From contig NC_043001.1 in NCBI RefSeq assembly GCF_006345805.1, positions 113,522,001 to 113,586,000 of the forward strand: a stretch of DNA of 64,000 nt. The letters run 5' to 3'. This document shows, one piece after another, positions 37,501-51,693 of the stretch. This stretch comes from Octopus sinensis. Its lineage: Eukaryota. How positions within the stretch are numbered: the stretch's first letter is position 1; every line of letters starts with the position of its first letter. Both the position numbers and the translations under genes were made by a program. The notes beneath the pieces are model-generated. The model worked only from the letters and a program-made list of their open reading frames with translations. It was not told the DNA's origin and did not search any database.

Positions 37501-39078
37501 TGTCCATCCCATCGTTTCATACATTAATTTCATTCTAACATGAATAAGCACTGTCGAAATTTCTAGTGGAGTCGTAAATACATTTTTGTACCCACATAGC
37601 AGTGTATAAACATTTATACTCCTGTATAGCTTGGAATGTCACGCCTCCACCCCAACATACATACGGGTGCATACACTCCACTCATACTCATAAAAATATG
37701 AATATATACGAGTATATGCGTGAGTACGTGTATAAATATATATATATATAAACATGTATATAAACATGTACAAAGGGAGCAAGCGAGGGGTTATAGCTAT
37801 GTGCGTATAAGTACGCACTTATGTGTATATATTTAGAACTGGGTATAGATATAACCGTATAAATAGTTTATAACTACTTGTAATAACTACAATAAACATA
37901 GCTATCGTACTATACACATAGACAGATTCACACACACACGCGCACACACACACACACGCGCACACATACAGACACGCACAGACACACGGGTCTGAGTGTG
38001 AGTGCATGTGCTTGGATGATAAATAAGAATATATGTACGTATGCGTATGGTTGAGTGTGTGAGTATGTGTGTGTATGTTTGTGTGTGTGTGTATGTGCGC
38101 GCATGTGTGTGTGTGTGTATACAAACAGAGAAAGAGTGAAAGAGAGAGAGAGAGAGAGAGAAAAAGAGAAAGAGGTACGTGTTATGCGTATCGTAATACA
38201 ACTACATGATTAAATACATATATAAATGAAAGAATATATATATAATACAAAGCGAAAGTGAAAGTAGAAATGCATGTAAGAGAAAGGGAGAGAGAGACAG
38301 AGAGAGGAGGGAGAGAGAGGGAAATCAGAGAGAGATATGAACGCGTGTGTTTGTGAGTGCATCATCATTCATACGCTGCCGCTTTCAGCATAGTTACATG
38401 TGTCGTTAGATGCATTCTCCGATAATTGGTTGTCTGCTTATACGCCTCTATACACTCGTACAGCTTTCCTACATATTACATTCGACAGATTCTTCGATCT
38501 ATAATACTTGGTGATTCCTATTTCTAGACACATTGTCCCTTGTTTTCTTCCCCTTCATTCAATTCTTAGATAATCAAAACCCATCAATATTCTTTATGGA
38601 ACCAACAGCCGTCATAATGTATAAGTATGCCTGCTCTCTCTTCCGTCTTTTTATCTGTCTCTATCTTCATATTTTTCTTCCTTTATATATTTTTTTAATC
38701 TTTTATTTCTTTCTACGCCCCTCTCTCCTTCTCATCCTCTCTCTCCCATACAAACACACATACGTACATACATATACATATACATACATATACATATATA
38801 TACATGCACATATATATATATATATATATATAAATGTACATATATATATATGTGTGTACATATGTGTATATGTATGTGTATGCCGTTATGCGTTTGTTCG
38901 TGCTTGCATGCATGTGAGTTTGTATATATGTGTATTTATATCTATTTATCGACAAATATAGATAAAAGCATGAACAAGTTGAAAAGCAGGAAGATGAAAA
39001 AAAAAGGAAAAGAGCCGCATAAATATGCAATATTGCATATTCACACATGTGTGTATGCGTGTGTGTGATTGTGTGCGT

Positions 39079-39112
<34 letters not shown>

Positions 39113-40337
39113 CCGTATTCGTTTGTATGTGTATTTGTATGTATGTGAGTGTGTTTTTGCGCATGTGTTTGTGCAAATGTATATGTAATATATTCTGAGT
39201 GGCCAGAAGAAAATCGGTTTGTGTTTTGCTTTTGCGAACGCATGAAAATTATATTTTCAGCTGAAGAGGAAACGAAAATGGCAAGAACAAAAAAAAAAGA
39301 GAAAAAAAAAAAGAACGCGAATACAACAAAAAACCCAACAAAAAAGAACATGTACAAGAAAGATTCCAACAATAGTATGCCAATAATAATATAAAAAAAT
39401 ACACTTAAAAAGCTAAATAAAAAAATGAACTAAGATCATTGGTTTAAGGAAGTCAGACCAATACTCTTGTTTGGAAATATGACATAATGGTACCGTTGAT
39501 TCCGCGCTGATCTATTAAAAGTAGTGATGGCCGGTTACTTTGTGCCCCGAAGGCTGGAATTTCTCCAGGCTCTGCAGCAGATGTTGTTCCTATATTTCTT
39601 CAAATGTACCATTTAATGCGTCATCTGGTGGAAACCGATTCTTCGAGTAAATATCATGTAAATAAAAGACAAAAAAATCAGATGAGAAGGAGAAAAAAAA
39701 TACTGGAAGAATTATGCATGTAAGTATTCGTGCGTGTGTAGTGTGTTTGTGTGCGTGTATGTATGTAAGTGTTTGTGTGTGTGAATGTGTGTGTGGATGT
39801 ATATATGTACTTATAAATATATATGTATATTCTAAGGCTTAGTGTGCATGTATGCATGCAAATATAAAGATGTTTGTAAGAAACAAAATATATGAACATG
39901 TGTATGCACGAAGAAATTCCTCTACGCTTAAAAATATATCTAAATCTCCAGTGGAAAGAAAAAAAAAAGAAATAGAAATGTGTACATATAAACACGCACA
40001 TATCAACACACATACACACACACACACGTACACGCAGATGCATAGACAGACCAGAAATTATATATACATATAAGCACGGAGATTCACACTTGCCTTATAT
40101 AATATATTACATAAAAACGCCAGCATCTTGTATCAAAACGAATGCATTTAATGGCTTATACACATGCTTTTGAGAACAGGATGCTCACGTAAGCCCACGC
40201 ACACAGACATACACACACGTTCAAGCGTGTGTGTTCGCGTGCACGCATTTCTGTGTGTTTGTGTGCGTATGCATATGTACATGTACGTAAATATATATAT
40301 GTTAGTACATGTATGTATGTATATCTATCTATCTATC

Positions 40338-40369
<32 letters not shown>

Positions 40370-40432
40370 TATACACCATTATCTATATATATATATATGT
40401 GTGTGTGTGTTTGTGTGCGTGTGCGTGTGCGT

Positions 40433-40468
<36 letters not shown>

Positions 40469-41252
40469 TCGTGTGCCTGTGTTTGTATTGAACGTGTGTA
40501 TATGAAAAAAAAAATTCGAGATCGTAAAGTAACGGTGAGAATAATTAAGAGAATGATTTATAAACCTACTGCAATAAAACTGCAGAAGATTTTGCATTCA
40601 ATATTGAGTGTAATAATCAATTTATCAAATTTGCGACTCTTTTGAGAAATTAATAAGGTAAGCCCATGGTTTTTATCCGCAACATGCATGAAAGATGAAA
40701 CGGCAAGTGGATAGTTATAAACCTGTTTATAAACCTGCTTCGTGTTCTTTACGTGTTCAACCATTGCACGTTTCGGTGCTATGAACATATATGAAAAATC
40801 GCTGACAGCTTGAACGTAAACTGGTTATGGTAACATCTAGTGATCACGTAACGTAATGTATTAATGGAGGTTACATTGTATATTTTCTGTAATAATAATC
40901 GTCAGAGAGCAACTGCGGTCTCGCTCGTCCATATATTGAACAGTTAAATCTTCCTATAACAACATCGTATTTTCTTTCAAAGAGAAAAAAATATAGGTAT
41001 TCGTGAATTCATTTCACTAAGGTAATGAAACGAAAAAAAAATAAATAGGACAGATTGGACAGGTTGGTCGTGGTTGGGATACTGCTGGTCATTGAGTTCG
41101 ATCTGATACTGGAGACAAACAGCAACTGTAACGACCACCACAAACTTTCGCTTTTTTCTGTAATAAAATCTTGATGCAACTATGGCCTTATGAATGTGCT
41201 CCGTTTAACATACATGCTTTTTATTAGTTATTTCATTTTTTTCTGTTATGTT

Positions 41253-41425
41253 AAGGCTCAGTGGTTCGAGCGTCGGGCTCATGATCATGATCATGAAGTA
41301 GTGAGTTCGATTTCTGGACCGGGTTGTGTGTTGCGTTCTTGAACAAGTCACTTTATTTTCATGTTGCTTGCAGTTCATTCAGCTGTACAAATGATTTGGG
41401 ACGTCACTGGTGCCAAGCTGTATCA
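41253..41425 (+). mobile_element. tRNA-headed CORE-like SINE (family E), partial
   Basis: CAGTGGTTCGAGCGTCGGGCTC, B-box-like GAGTTCGATTTC, and TTCTTGAACAAGTCACTT. Confidence 0.7.
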
Positions 41426-43653
41426 AGGAAAAGAGCAAAAGAAACTGACGCGGATTCTCCAATACCAATGTAATAGTGGCACAGTCAAGATATGTAAAAC
41501 CCTCGAAAAATTCTCCACCAGAAATTCTTATGTGAATTGATGCGTCCACTGGGGTGTATGCATCGATAGTTCAACCAACACAGCAACCCAACCACATATT
41601 TTTGCAAACATCCAAAACTCTCTTAACTCAAAACGTCTTGTCGCTTTGTTAGTGATTGGCCTGAGCTCTCTCAAGAACTTTATATATATACACACACCCA
41701 CACCCTGCTGAACAACGCATTAAACACCACCCTCTGACAAGTATCTCTCTGGCTCGGATTGTTAGCACCTGACAAGGGCCTCAGTTATGTAGTAAATTGT
41801 AGATGGCATTGCGATTAAGGCATAGAAGATAGCTTTTGGAAGGCTACGCAGGCTCACTGGTGTGTTGTTATGCCACGATGTCACGTGAATCTGCTTTTCC
41901 ATCTAAGAGTTAAATCGACCCTTCTGTTTCGCGACCAGGAGACTAGCCGAGGAATCAGTAAATAAACTAGTAGATCGCAACGAGAAATCATTGCTGAAGT
42001 TTCCTCATCTTTCCCAAGATAAATTATGAATTTTCAGATTCTTCGATAGAGGTCATCACTACCGACACCTATAGCTAAATACAGTTATAACTGCGTTGCC
42101 TGCTGTTTGTTGCCTATTCTGATAACTCCGTTTTCTAAAACTGGCAGCGCCTTGCTGTGGATTGAATCCTTCTTAAATTCTCAGATTAAAACTTTATTAC
42201 ATTATGTAATGTTAGTTGTGAGGTTTCCACTATTCTTTCGTAAGCTTAATAGAATGAAAATGAAAAATATATAAACAACTCATAGAGATTGGAGATTTAG
42301 AATAAAATAATAAACAAATAACTGAATGAACAAAAACAAAAAAGGCAAGATGATCAGGAAAAGTTAGTTTAAAAAAAGATGAAATAACAAAATTTGGAAA
42401 AATAAATTCTAAAACGCAGATATTTTGAAAACAGTTTTAAAATGTAAGTGTTTAAAAACAATTCAAAAAGCAATAGTTTAAAATAGTTTAAAATAGTTTA
42501 AAAAGCAATAGTTTAAAAATATTACATTTAAAACAGAAATCTAAAACAGACAAAAGTAAAGGAAAAAAGGTAGAAATTAATAACAAATCTTAACATTTAA
42601 AAAATTAAATCCTGTTGGTTGGATTGCAGCTGTAAATTGATTGAGTCAATGTTGTCTAACATTATTACATGCTGAGTATGTTTGAGGACTGCATTAAGGC
42701 TTCAAAATATTTGTGGAATAGTTAACTCTTAACTATAATACATTGCGAAGTTAGTTTCGTTGATAGAACAACGGAAATACAGAACGTCAAGATTTAGAGA
42801 CGATCCATTTAATATAGTTGTTTTTACAATGTGACCTAAGGCATCTAGTCACAGCTGTATAAATTTCTTTCAAAAGAAGGCGTTTAAACCTCACTCGTTT
42901 GTGTGTCGGCTAAATGCTTTGTAATGCTCGTTCATTGTCTCTGCGCTCTGAATTCACATCCCACCGAGATCGATATATGAAGTAGTTTCCAGTATTAGCG
43001 ACCATTTTTTTTCTCTGTCCCCTCTCTCACTCTTAATTTAAAGATACAGTTTTGTCACCCCGAGTCACGCTAATTCAGACCGAGGATTCAGACCGTAATT
43101 GATACTCATTATCTGTGGGATACTCTGCCACATTCACATCAACTTCATGAATAGATATTTAGTTGGTCGAAAAAAACCCCAAAAACAGGGTAATCCTCGT
43201 TGAGACAGACACAGAATCTTCCAGTATTACTGATTATAAAGTCAATTTTAAATTACCACTAATAAATCCAAGACACTGTATATGTCTTCAAGAGCTGTTA
43301 CAAACCGATAGAAGAGCGTTTTCAAGGCCACTCGAGCTCCCAAAATTAGCCGCCAAATCCCCCTCGAAAGAAAATTGTGTCTTCAAAAGATTGGAACTTT
43401 TGACACGGTTGAGTTTCTCTCAACTTGGACAGCTGATGTCCAGTAAGGAATGTGCCATAGCAAAACGAATGAAATTGTATGATGAAATATTTAATTTTGT
43501 CATTTCACAAACAACACAGGCGCAAACTCAGTCACACACACATATATATATATAGTCACACTACACACACAGCGCACGCTCGGACAGTAGAAAGGAACAA
43601 ATTGAAACAAGCCAAAACTATTTTCTTTTTCGGAGTCCAAATAATAACTGTCA

Positions 43654-44036
43654 GTGGAGGCGCAATGGCCCAGTGGTTAGGGCAGCGGACTCGCGGTCAT
43701 AGGATCGCGGTTTCGATTCCCAGACCGGGCGTTGTGAGTGTTTATTGAGCGAAAACACCTAAAAGCTCCACAAGGCTCCGGCAGGGGATAGTGGTGATCC
43801 CTGCTGTACTCTTTCACCACAACTTTCTCTCACTCTTCTTGTTTCTGTTGTACCTGTATTTCAAAGGGCCAGCCTTGTCACTCTCTGTGTCATGCTGAAT
43901 ATCCCCGAGAACTACGTTAAGGGTACACGTGTCTGTGGAGTGCTCAGCCACTTACACGTTAATTTCACGAGCAGGCTGTTCCGTTGATTCGGATCAACCG
44001 GAACCCTCATCGTCGTAACCGACGGAGTGCTTCCAC
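43654..44036 (+). mobile_element. SINE family B, tail type 1, full length
   Basis: tRNA-like head GGAGGCGCAATGGCCCAGTGGTTAGGGC..GGTTTCGATTCCC; 11-bp TSD AATAACTGTCA at 43643 and 44037. Confidence 0.92.
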
Positions 44037-44799
44037 AATAACTGTCAACAGCATTGGTAGTTTGGTATCCGGGCGTCAGCGGTGTTTGATATTTGGGCAT
44101 CTATACGAAAATACTAATAGTTAAGTGCGCTTAATTGCAATCAGCTAATATAATCTGTTATACCCAACTAGTGTAAGCTGTGGCAGCAGTGTCTCATTGG
44201 CGAGTTTTTCTGTTGCTTGTAATTCTGAGATTAGGCTTTCTATTGGATAAGTGCAAAACTTGTCTTAAGTTCAGTCAGTCACACCTGTATAACCAGTTGG
44301 ATTCAGTAGGCAGACATTTAAATGATCAATTGACCTGCTAGATGAAGCGGGGAAATCTTTCTCAGCACACAACCTACTATCTTAAAGGAGGAAGAACTCC
44401 AGCAATTAGATAATGTGTGTCAACTTGTACAGTTAAAACACCTTTATTGATTGGTCTGCTGACTCAACAGTTGACGTCAAGCTTCGCAGCAATATCATAG
44501 AAACTAAATTAGTAATCAGGATTTTGTATGCTGAGATTGGAAAATAAGTGCTTCGTTGTGTCCATAATTTAATTATAAATCAATAGTATCTGTTAATTAG
44601 TTATTAATTGTGCTCTGTGTTCAAATTCCTCCAAAGTTAACTTTGCTTTTCTACCTTTCGAGTTGATAAAATATATTACTTTTCGTGAGGGGTGGAATTT
44701 ATAAATCATCAGACGAAATGATTTGGGCATTTGTTCCGCTATTCGGGTTCTTCTATTTTGGGGGGAGAATAGTAGACTTAATCTGTTACCATGCTTAAC

Positions 44800-45123
44800 T
44801 AAACGTCGCCCTTTTCAAGCCTAGCCAGGCTCATGGGCCCGGTTTCCCGATTTCTGTGGCGCATGTGTTCCCCCCCAGCTGGACGGGACCCCAGTCCATC
44901 GCAGCGTTACTCAAGAAACAGGAAGAGAGAGTGAGAGAAAGTCGTGGCGAAAGAGTACAACAGGGGTCGCCACCATCCCCTGCCGGAGACTCGTGGAGCT
45001 TTTAGGTGTTTTCGGTCAATAAACACACAACGCCCGGTCTGGGAATCGAAACCGCGATCTCCCGACCGCGATCCCCCGACCGCGAGTCCGCTGCCCTTAC
45101 CACTGGGCCATTGCGCCTCCACC
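44800..45123 (-). mobile_element. SINE family B, tail type 2, full length
   Basis: Same head with a different 3' half; 12-bp TSD ACCATG(C/T)TTAAC at 44788 and 45124. Confidence 0.9.
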
Positions 45124-46884
45124 ACCATGTTTAACGCTCCCACCTAATCCTTGATTACCTTTCAGTGGAACACAATCTGTTACGAGCAGTGGAACCAGGT
45201 TTCTCTTTTCAGAACAACTTCGTCGTTTTCTCTCAAAAGTGTTGGAATACTCTGAAACAAAAGAATAAATATATAGATAAAATGATTCATAGGCACTGCA
45301 CTTTCTGTCCCCACAAAACGGTAAAAGTAGTTGGGAGAAGAACAAAAATAGGACATTTTAGCTTTTCCCAAACAACAGGTGTTTAAATACAATAAATGAA
45401 CGAAATATATAAAAAAAGAAACTTCACAAAGGTCGAAAGTAATTTGCAGTGTCGGTCCACTGAGAATTCTTGACTATCCAACGACACTGGACTATTTTAT
45501 TAAATACCTAGAAATTACGGAAAATCGGAGTGATTCTCTACTGCATTTAACTGCAAAGGAAATGTTTAAAAATCTATGGATTTTATCGGTAGGTGATAGA
45601 GTGAATGTTTTTTTCTTCTTCATATCCAGGGACATTAAACAAATGCAGGTTTACAGTGACGCCGGCATTATGAACTTACTATATCTGATGGCGACATGTA
45701 CCATATATAATCAGCACGTACACACACACACACACATACACATACACACACACACATGTGTATTTATGTATGCATAATCATACACCGCGAGAATGAGATA
45801 CAGATAAAGAGACAGACTGGTACAAATACGCACGTATTTATAGATAAACAGATTAATAGACGGAGGGAAACGAAGAGAAAGGCGAACGGGAAGGGAAGAA
45901 GCGAGAGAAGAATAGATAGATGGTTCTCGTTTATTAAGTTTAGCTTTAAAGGTCATATATCAAATTGCATAGCGATTATTAAATAGCCTAGTCATACAGC
46001 CAAGCAGGCACCATATCTACAGTGGCAATGGATAGATCATGTGAACACTATACTGCAAAATTTGTCGTGATAATCTAGGAAAATAAGAGTATAATGACTG
46101 TAGAGCTTGATGTTAGACAAGTTGAAATCAACTTGTTATTTACGACTTCACTTCCTTTTCTCTCGGTTTCACCATCTTATTTCTTCGCCATTCTTTTATG
46201 CACATATCTTTTTTTTCTAATTTATAATTCATCTCACAGCTTTTTCTTCTTGCATATTATTCTCAGTATTTACTCGTCTTAATTCTTCTGATGTTTTATT
46301 TATCTTTTTATCTATCTATTTATTTATCTATTTATTTATTTCATTTAGGTATTTTTATCTCTTCAGTATTTCTATATTTTTTATCTTAAGTTTTGAACTC
46401 TCATCATACGGGTTTTTTGCTTCTTTTTTTTTTTTTTTCTATTTTCTGTTTCCTTCTCTTTCCGACAATTTTCAAGTTTTATGCAATTCTCTTTCATGTC
46501 TCACTTCTTTTTCACTACCTGACTCTCCCCAATACTCTTCCTCCCACCCTTTCTCGTTCGACTATTTTCTATTATCATCTCGTCTCTTATTTCGCTTTGC
46601 CCGCTCTTATTCCCTCCCCCACTAACCCTTTTATGAGACCGTCTCCTCCCCCTTCTATGCTCATCTCATTTTCTTCCCTACTTTCTCTTCTTCCTTTCAT
46701 CTTATGAGACAATTTTCTCTTCCATCTCTCCGCCTAACTTGCCGCCATGCACTTTCCCCCTCTCTCCTCTTTTCTCACTTCCATTTTTTTTATTTCTCTT
46801 TCATTCGTTCGTTCTTTCTTTCTAATCTCTTTCTCTAGTTGTTTTTCTTTTTCTTTCTTGCTCTCTTTTGTCATACCTGCGTAT

Positions 46885-47005
46885 GTGGTGAGAGAGAGAG
46901 AGAGAGAGAGGGAAAAAATAAAGAAAAAGGAATAAGGGAAAGAGAAAGAGAGAGAAAGAGGGGTGACAGAGAGAAAGATAGATTGAGTGATAGATAGATA
47001 GATAG

Positions 47006-47087
<82 letters not shown>

Positions 47088-47105
47088 GAGAGTGAGAGAG
47101 AGAGA
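46885..47105. repeat. Compound (GA)n/(GATA)n/(TA)n microsatellite
   Basis: Visible directly. Confidence 0.95.
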
Positions 47106-48324
47106 AAGATCAAGAGAAAAAGAGTTGAAATATATTTGTAAATGTCATGCACACACACACACACGCACACATATTTTCGCACATTTCTAAATATTCTTAT
47201 CCGTTTCCGCTCATTCACGCCACCACCCCACATGCATATGTTTACATTATAGAAGAATAAAAAAAACAGAAAGTATGTTAAGGTATCCATGCAGAAAACC
47301 ATGTGTCAAGAACTGACTCCGTAAAAGCAATATGCATAGTAAAGGTTTTCAAAGTGACCCGTGACAATTATAAAAGCGTGACTCAATTATGTCGTTCCAA
47401 ATACGAACTTAAATGTAAGCAGAACAACATGGCGGTGTATTGGGCGAATCGTTATATTCTAAATTCAAATCTCGCAGAAATCATCTTTGATTTCTACCCT
47501 TCCAGGATCAATAATATAAAATAAATGTCAATTGCTAGGATCGATATGATCGGCAGTAGATTTGTATCAACATTTAATAGGTTACCAATGCACTGAAGAA
47601 CTTCTAAAGTCCCTAAATCTCTCTTTAAGAACCAATAATTTTAATGGCCATTTCTGTGAGATTAGCGGAATTAAACCATTCTGTATCTGTATGGATCAAT
47701 ATCTGCGCTCAAGTACTTAAGAATTATTACGAAAATTGGACATCGGACACTTAAAACGGCGAGTTATAAAGAAATTAAAGATTGCCAATTCAGACAACAT
47801 GGGAGCGGGGTAGATAATGGCTGATTTCGTTAGTCGAAAACTGATGACGTCATATTTAGATTGCTTGACTCTGTTTTCTTTTTCTAATAAATTTTCTAAG
47901 ATTTCCAGTCTGAAACTTTAGAAGACAGTGTGGATGTGAAGGTTTCTGTGTGCTTGTGTGCTTCTGTATATAGGTTTGTGTATACATATATGTATATAGG
48001 TTTACGTATACATATGTTCGTTGTCTGAGTATGCGTGATTCTGTGAGTGTCGGTGCTTACCTTCGTTTGTTTGTTTGTATTGTTGTTATTTATTTCAGAT
48101 TATCATTGTGTCCCTTTTTTTTGTCTGTATCGACAATCCGGTCTTTTTAATTTAAACGATTCTAGATCTATATTGATCAATGTATACTACAGGGTTAAGA
48201 CAATAAAATATGGTACGAGGTAATTTTGTTGCAATTTGCAGTTTTTCTCTAGTTAGCGGGCGTTATTGAGTGTATGTAATCGTGTGTGTGTGGTGTGTGT
48301 GTGTGTGTGTGCTTGTGTATACAT

Positions 48325-48750
48325 AGGCGCAGGCATGGCTGTGTGACAAGAAGCTTGCTTCCCAACCACATGGTTCTGGGTTCAGTCCCATTGCGAAGTA
48401 CCTTGGACAAATGTCTACTATAGCTTCGAGCCGACCAAAGCTTTGTGAGTGGATTTGGTTGACGTGAACTGAAAGAAACCTGTCCTCTGTGTGTGTGTGT
48501 GTGGTGTGTGTGTGTGTGTGTGTGTGTGTGTACCTTTGTGTCTGTGTTTGTTCCTCAGTACCGCTTGACAACCAGTGCTGGTGTGTTTACGTCCCCGTAG
48601 CTTAGCGGTTTGGCAAAAGCGACCGATACGATAAATACCAGGCTTTGCAAAAAGTAAATACAGGGGTTGCTTCATTCGACTAAAATCTCCTCAAGGAGGT
48701 GCCCCAGCATGGCTGCAGTCTAATGACTGAAACAAATCAAAGATAAAAAT
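48325..48750 (+). mobile_element. SINE family A (variant), full length
   Basis: Head-to-tail homology. Confidence 0.88.
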
Positions 48751-49460
48751 ACATACATTCATGCATGATTTGTTTGGGCATATGTGCATATATATATATA
48801 TTAATGTTTGTTTTTACGTTACCTTATGATCCTTTCTAGAATAGTCACAAGGTCTGAAATTTTCGAAAGTGGTTAGTCGATAACATGGTGCTAAAATGGG
48901 ACTTATTTTATCGAAAAGTAAAGCTGACATCGACGGAATTTGAACTCAGAAATTGAAGGCGGACGAAATGTCACTATGTATCTTGCTTAACTAGAAAATA
49001 TAAGGTGAGAGGTCTGCAGCATAATTTTACTGTTTTTCTTTTATGGAGATGGGATGTGGGTTTTATCGGCATCAAAGAATTACCTATAAAGAAGAAGCAA
49101 AGAGGCACCAGCAAGCTAGGTATTTAAATAAATGCTATTGTTCGACAGCATTCAAATTGTTACTAATGCTCACCCGAAGATACGAGCATGATTTACAATA
49201 GAAATATACTTACCCGGAAGTGAAGCGATGGATATTGAACTAGTTTTACATTAAACTGAAGGATTACCCAATACATTTTGTAGACTATAAATGTATTATT
49301 CTTTAATAAGAATAATACTGGTTTCGAATTTTAGCACAAGGTCACCAATTTTGGATAGAGAATAAGTCAATTACATTAACATCAGTTCTCAACTGGTACT
49401 TATTTTATCGATTCTGAGAGGATGAAAGGCAAAGTCGACCTTCCCCTCATATATACGTGC

Positions 49461-49461
49461 G

Positions 49462-49527
<66 letters not shown>

Positions 49528-49558
49528 ATATCTATCTATCTATCTAATTATCTATCTG

Positions 49559-49601
<43 letters not shown>

Positions 49602-49602
49602 G

Positions 49603-49657
<55 letters not shown>

Positions 49658-49674
49658 GTCTATCTATCTATCTG

Positions 49675-49710
<36 letters not shown>

Positions 49711-49782
49711 ATTATCTATCTGTCTATCTGTCTATCTATCTATCTATCTGTCTATCTATCTATCTGTCTATCTATCTATCTG

Positions 49783-49813
<31 letters not shown>
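49461..49813. repeat. ~350-bp (TATC)n/(TGTC)n array
   Basis: Visible directly. Confidence 0.97.
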
Positions 49814-50364
49814 GATGTCCTTAAGCGTATGTGTGTGCTTGTGTGTTTTCATATGTATGTGTGAATGAGTAACAATATGTAAATTCAAAGATTTCAAAAA
49901 CCTTACGCTATACACGCCAACGAACTTTGATTATATAAGTCTATGCGGGGTTCTGTTTGAGACATGTTTTCTGGGTGTATGTGTGCATGCATTCTGTATG
50001 TAAATATGTGAGTGCATGTGCCAGGTTAAGTGCGTAGGCGTTGTGCGTTTTTGTACCTGTGCATTTACAGGTGAATCTGGTAAAAATCTGTTGGATATAT
50101 TTAAAAATATTATACGTGGTATTAAATGTTGAAGCCAAGCATATCAGGGCATGAAAACCGATTTCAGTGACTGCTCTGCATATCGTTTCAACAAACACAA
50201 CGTATACTGCAAGTATGAAAAAAAACCCGCCCCAAAAAAACTACAACAACTAAACAAATCCAACTAACAAAGCAATTTAACATTTCATGCGACCAGCTGG
50301 AAGCAGTCACATTTCTATTAAGTCATCTCTTATACTTATATAAAAGGAAGGTATACTACAATTG

Positions 50365-50762
50365 TTTCTACAATAGGCACAAGGCATGACTATTTGAGGA
50401 GCGACTAGTCGATTACCTTGACCTCAGTACTCAACTGGTACTTACTTCACCAACCCCGAAAGGATGAAAGGTGAAGCCGATGCCAGCAGAATTTGAACTC
50501 AGAACGTAGCGACGGGCGAAATACCGCTTAGCATTCCAACCTGTGCGCTAACAATTCTGCTATAGGTATATTATAATGCGGAAAATATATATTTCTTTAC
50601 TAACCACAAGGGGCTAAACATAGGGGGGACAAACAAGGACAGACAAAGGGATTAAGTCGATTACATCGACCCCAGTGCGACCCCGAGAGGATGAGAGGCA
50701 AAGTCGACCTCGGCGGAATTTGAACTCAGAACGTAACGACAGACAAATTCCGCCGAGGTCGA
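50365..50762 (-). mobile_element. Two adjacent SINE family C copies
   Basis: Copies at 50365-50560 and 50590-50762; the second ends in an inverted duplication. Confidence 0.85.
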
Positions 50763-50987
50763 GTGCAGAAAATATAGGTCCTTACTACACTATACACCTT
50801 ACAACAGTGACCGCGGACCAAGATTAAATTCACTTCACACAACTAAGGTCCAACACCTGTGCCAATTTCTTTAAGCTAATTAAGCCTCTCATTGCGTCAT
50901 TAGTATGATATGTTGATGAGCAATGCACCAACTCTGCCTTCCTAATCGTTCAGTCTTTCCCTGTTTGTGAATAACATATCGCTTTAC

Positions 50988-51286
50988 GTGGAGGCGCAAA
51001 GGGCAGCGGACTCGCGGTCGTAGGATCGCGATTTCGATTCCCAGACCAGGCGTTGTGAGTGTTTATTCAGTGAAAACACCTAAAGCTTTCACGAGGCTCC
51101 GGCAGGATGTGGTGGCGGTCCCTGCTGTACTCTTCCGCCACAACTTTCTCCCACTCTTTCTTCTGTTAGCCTGCTCGCTTAACCAGCAGGGTGACGTCAT
51201 TTGAAGGCTAAAACAATGCGAAGCACATTGTGACCAGCGATGTGTAGCAACATCTGATAGCCTGGTCGGTCACGGTGATCGCGGTG
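50988..51286 (+). mobile_element. SINE family B, tail type 3, full length
   Basis: Same head with a third tail ending CACGGTGATCGCGGTG; 12-bp TSD ATATCGCTTTAC at 50976 and 51287. Confidence 0.9.
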
Positions 51287-51693
51287 ATATCGCTTTACAC
51301 GTCATCTAGGTTTACTTTTAATTCATCCATTAGAAATATAAGATAGTTGCTCCGTTTTTGGAGCATATGAAGGTGACTTTTCTTTTATGCCTTTGACTTT
51401 TTATAAACATGTCCGACAGATATGCTTTTATTTACCTATTAATCTATTTTGTTATAAAATTTTATTTTGCCGTGTAGACGAATTTTTGCCCATTTTAAGA
51501 AAATATTCAAGATTTGAAATCTGTTGCAAATCAAATACAAAACTATAATTTTGCTCGCTGTGTTTTTATTTGATAAATTAAATTATTGCATGCACGAATT
51601 ATTTTTTCTTGCTTTTGTTAAAATTAAGAGTCGTTAATGTCACTGACTTCCCAAACATTGATTCTACAAAAATTCGCTCGGTGCAGTAATTAA

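Noticed and set aside
41640-41700. ATTGG plus a TATA-like run as a promoter
   Set aside because: Such short motifs are expected by chance in this AT- and TA-rich DNA.
43163-43555. 130-aa non-repetitive ORF
   Set aside because: No recognisable domain, near-cognate start, and it runs into CA repeats; cannot be supported as an exon.
43654-43730. SINE heads as genuine tRNA genes
   Set aside because: A and B boxes are present, but there is no complete cloverleaf or terminator, and each continues into a SINE body with a TSD.
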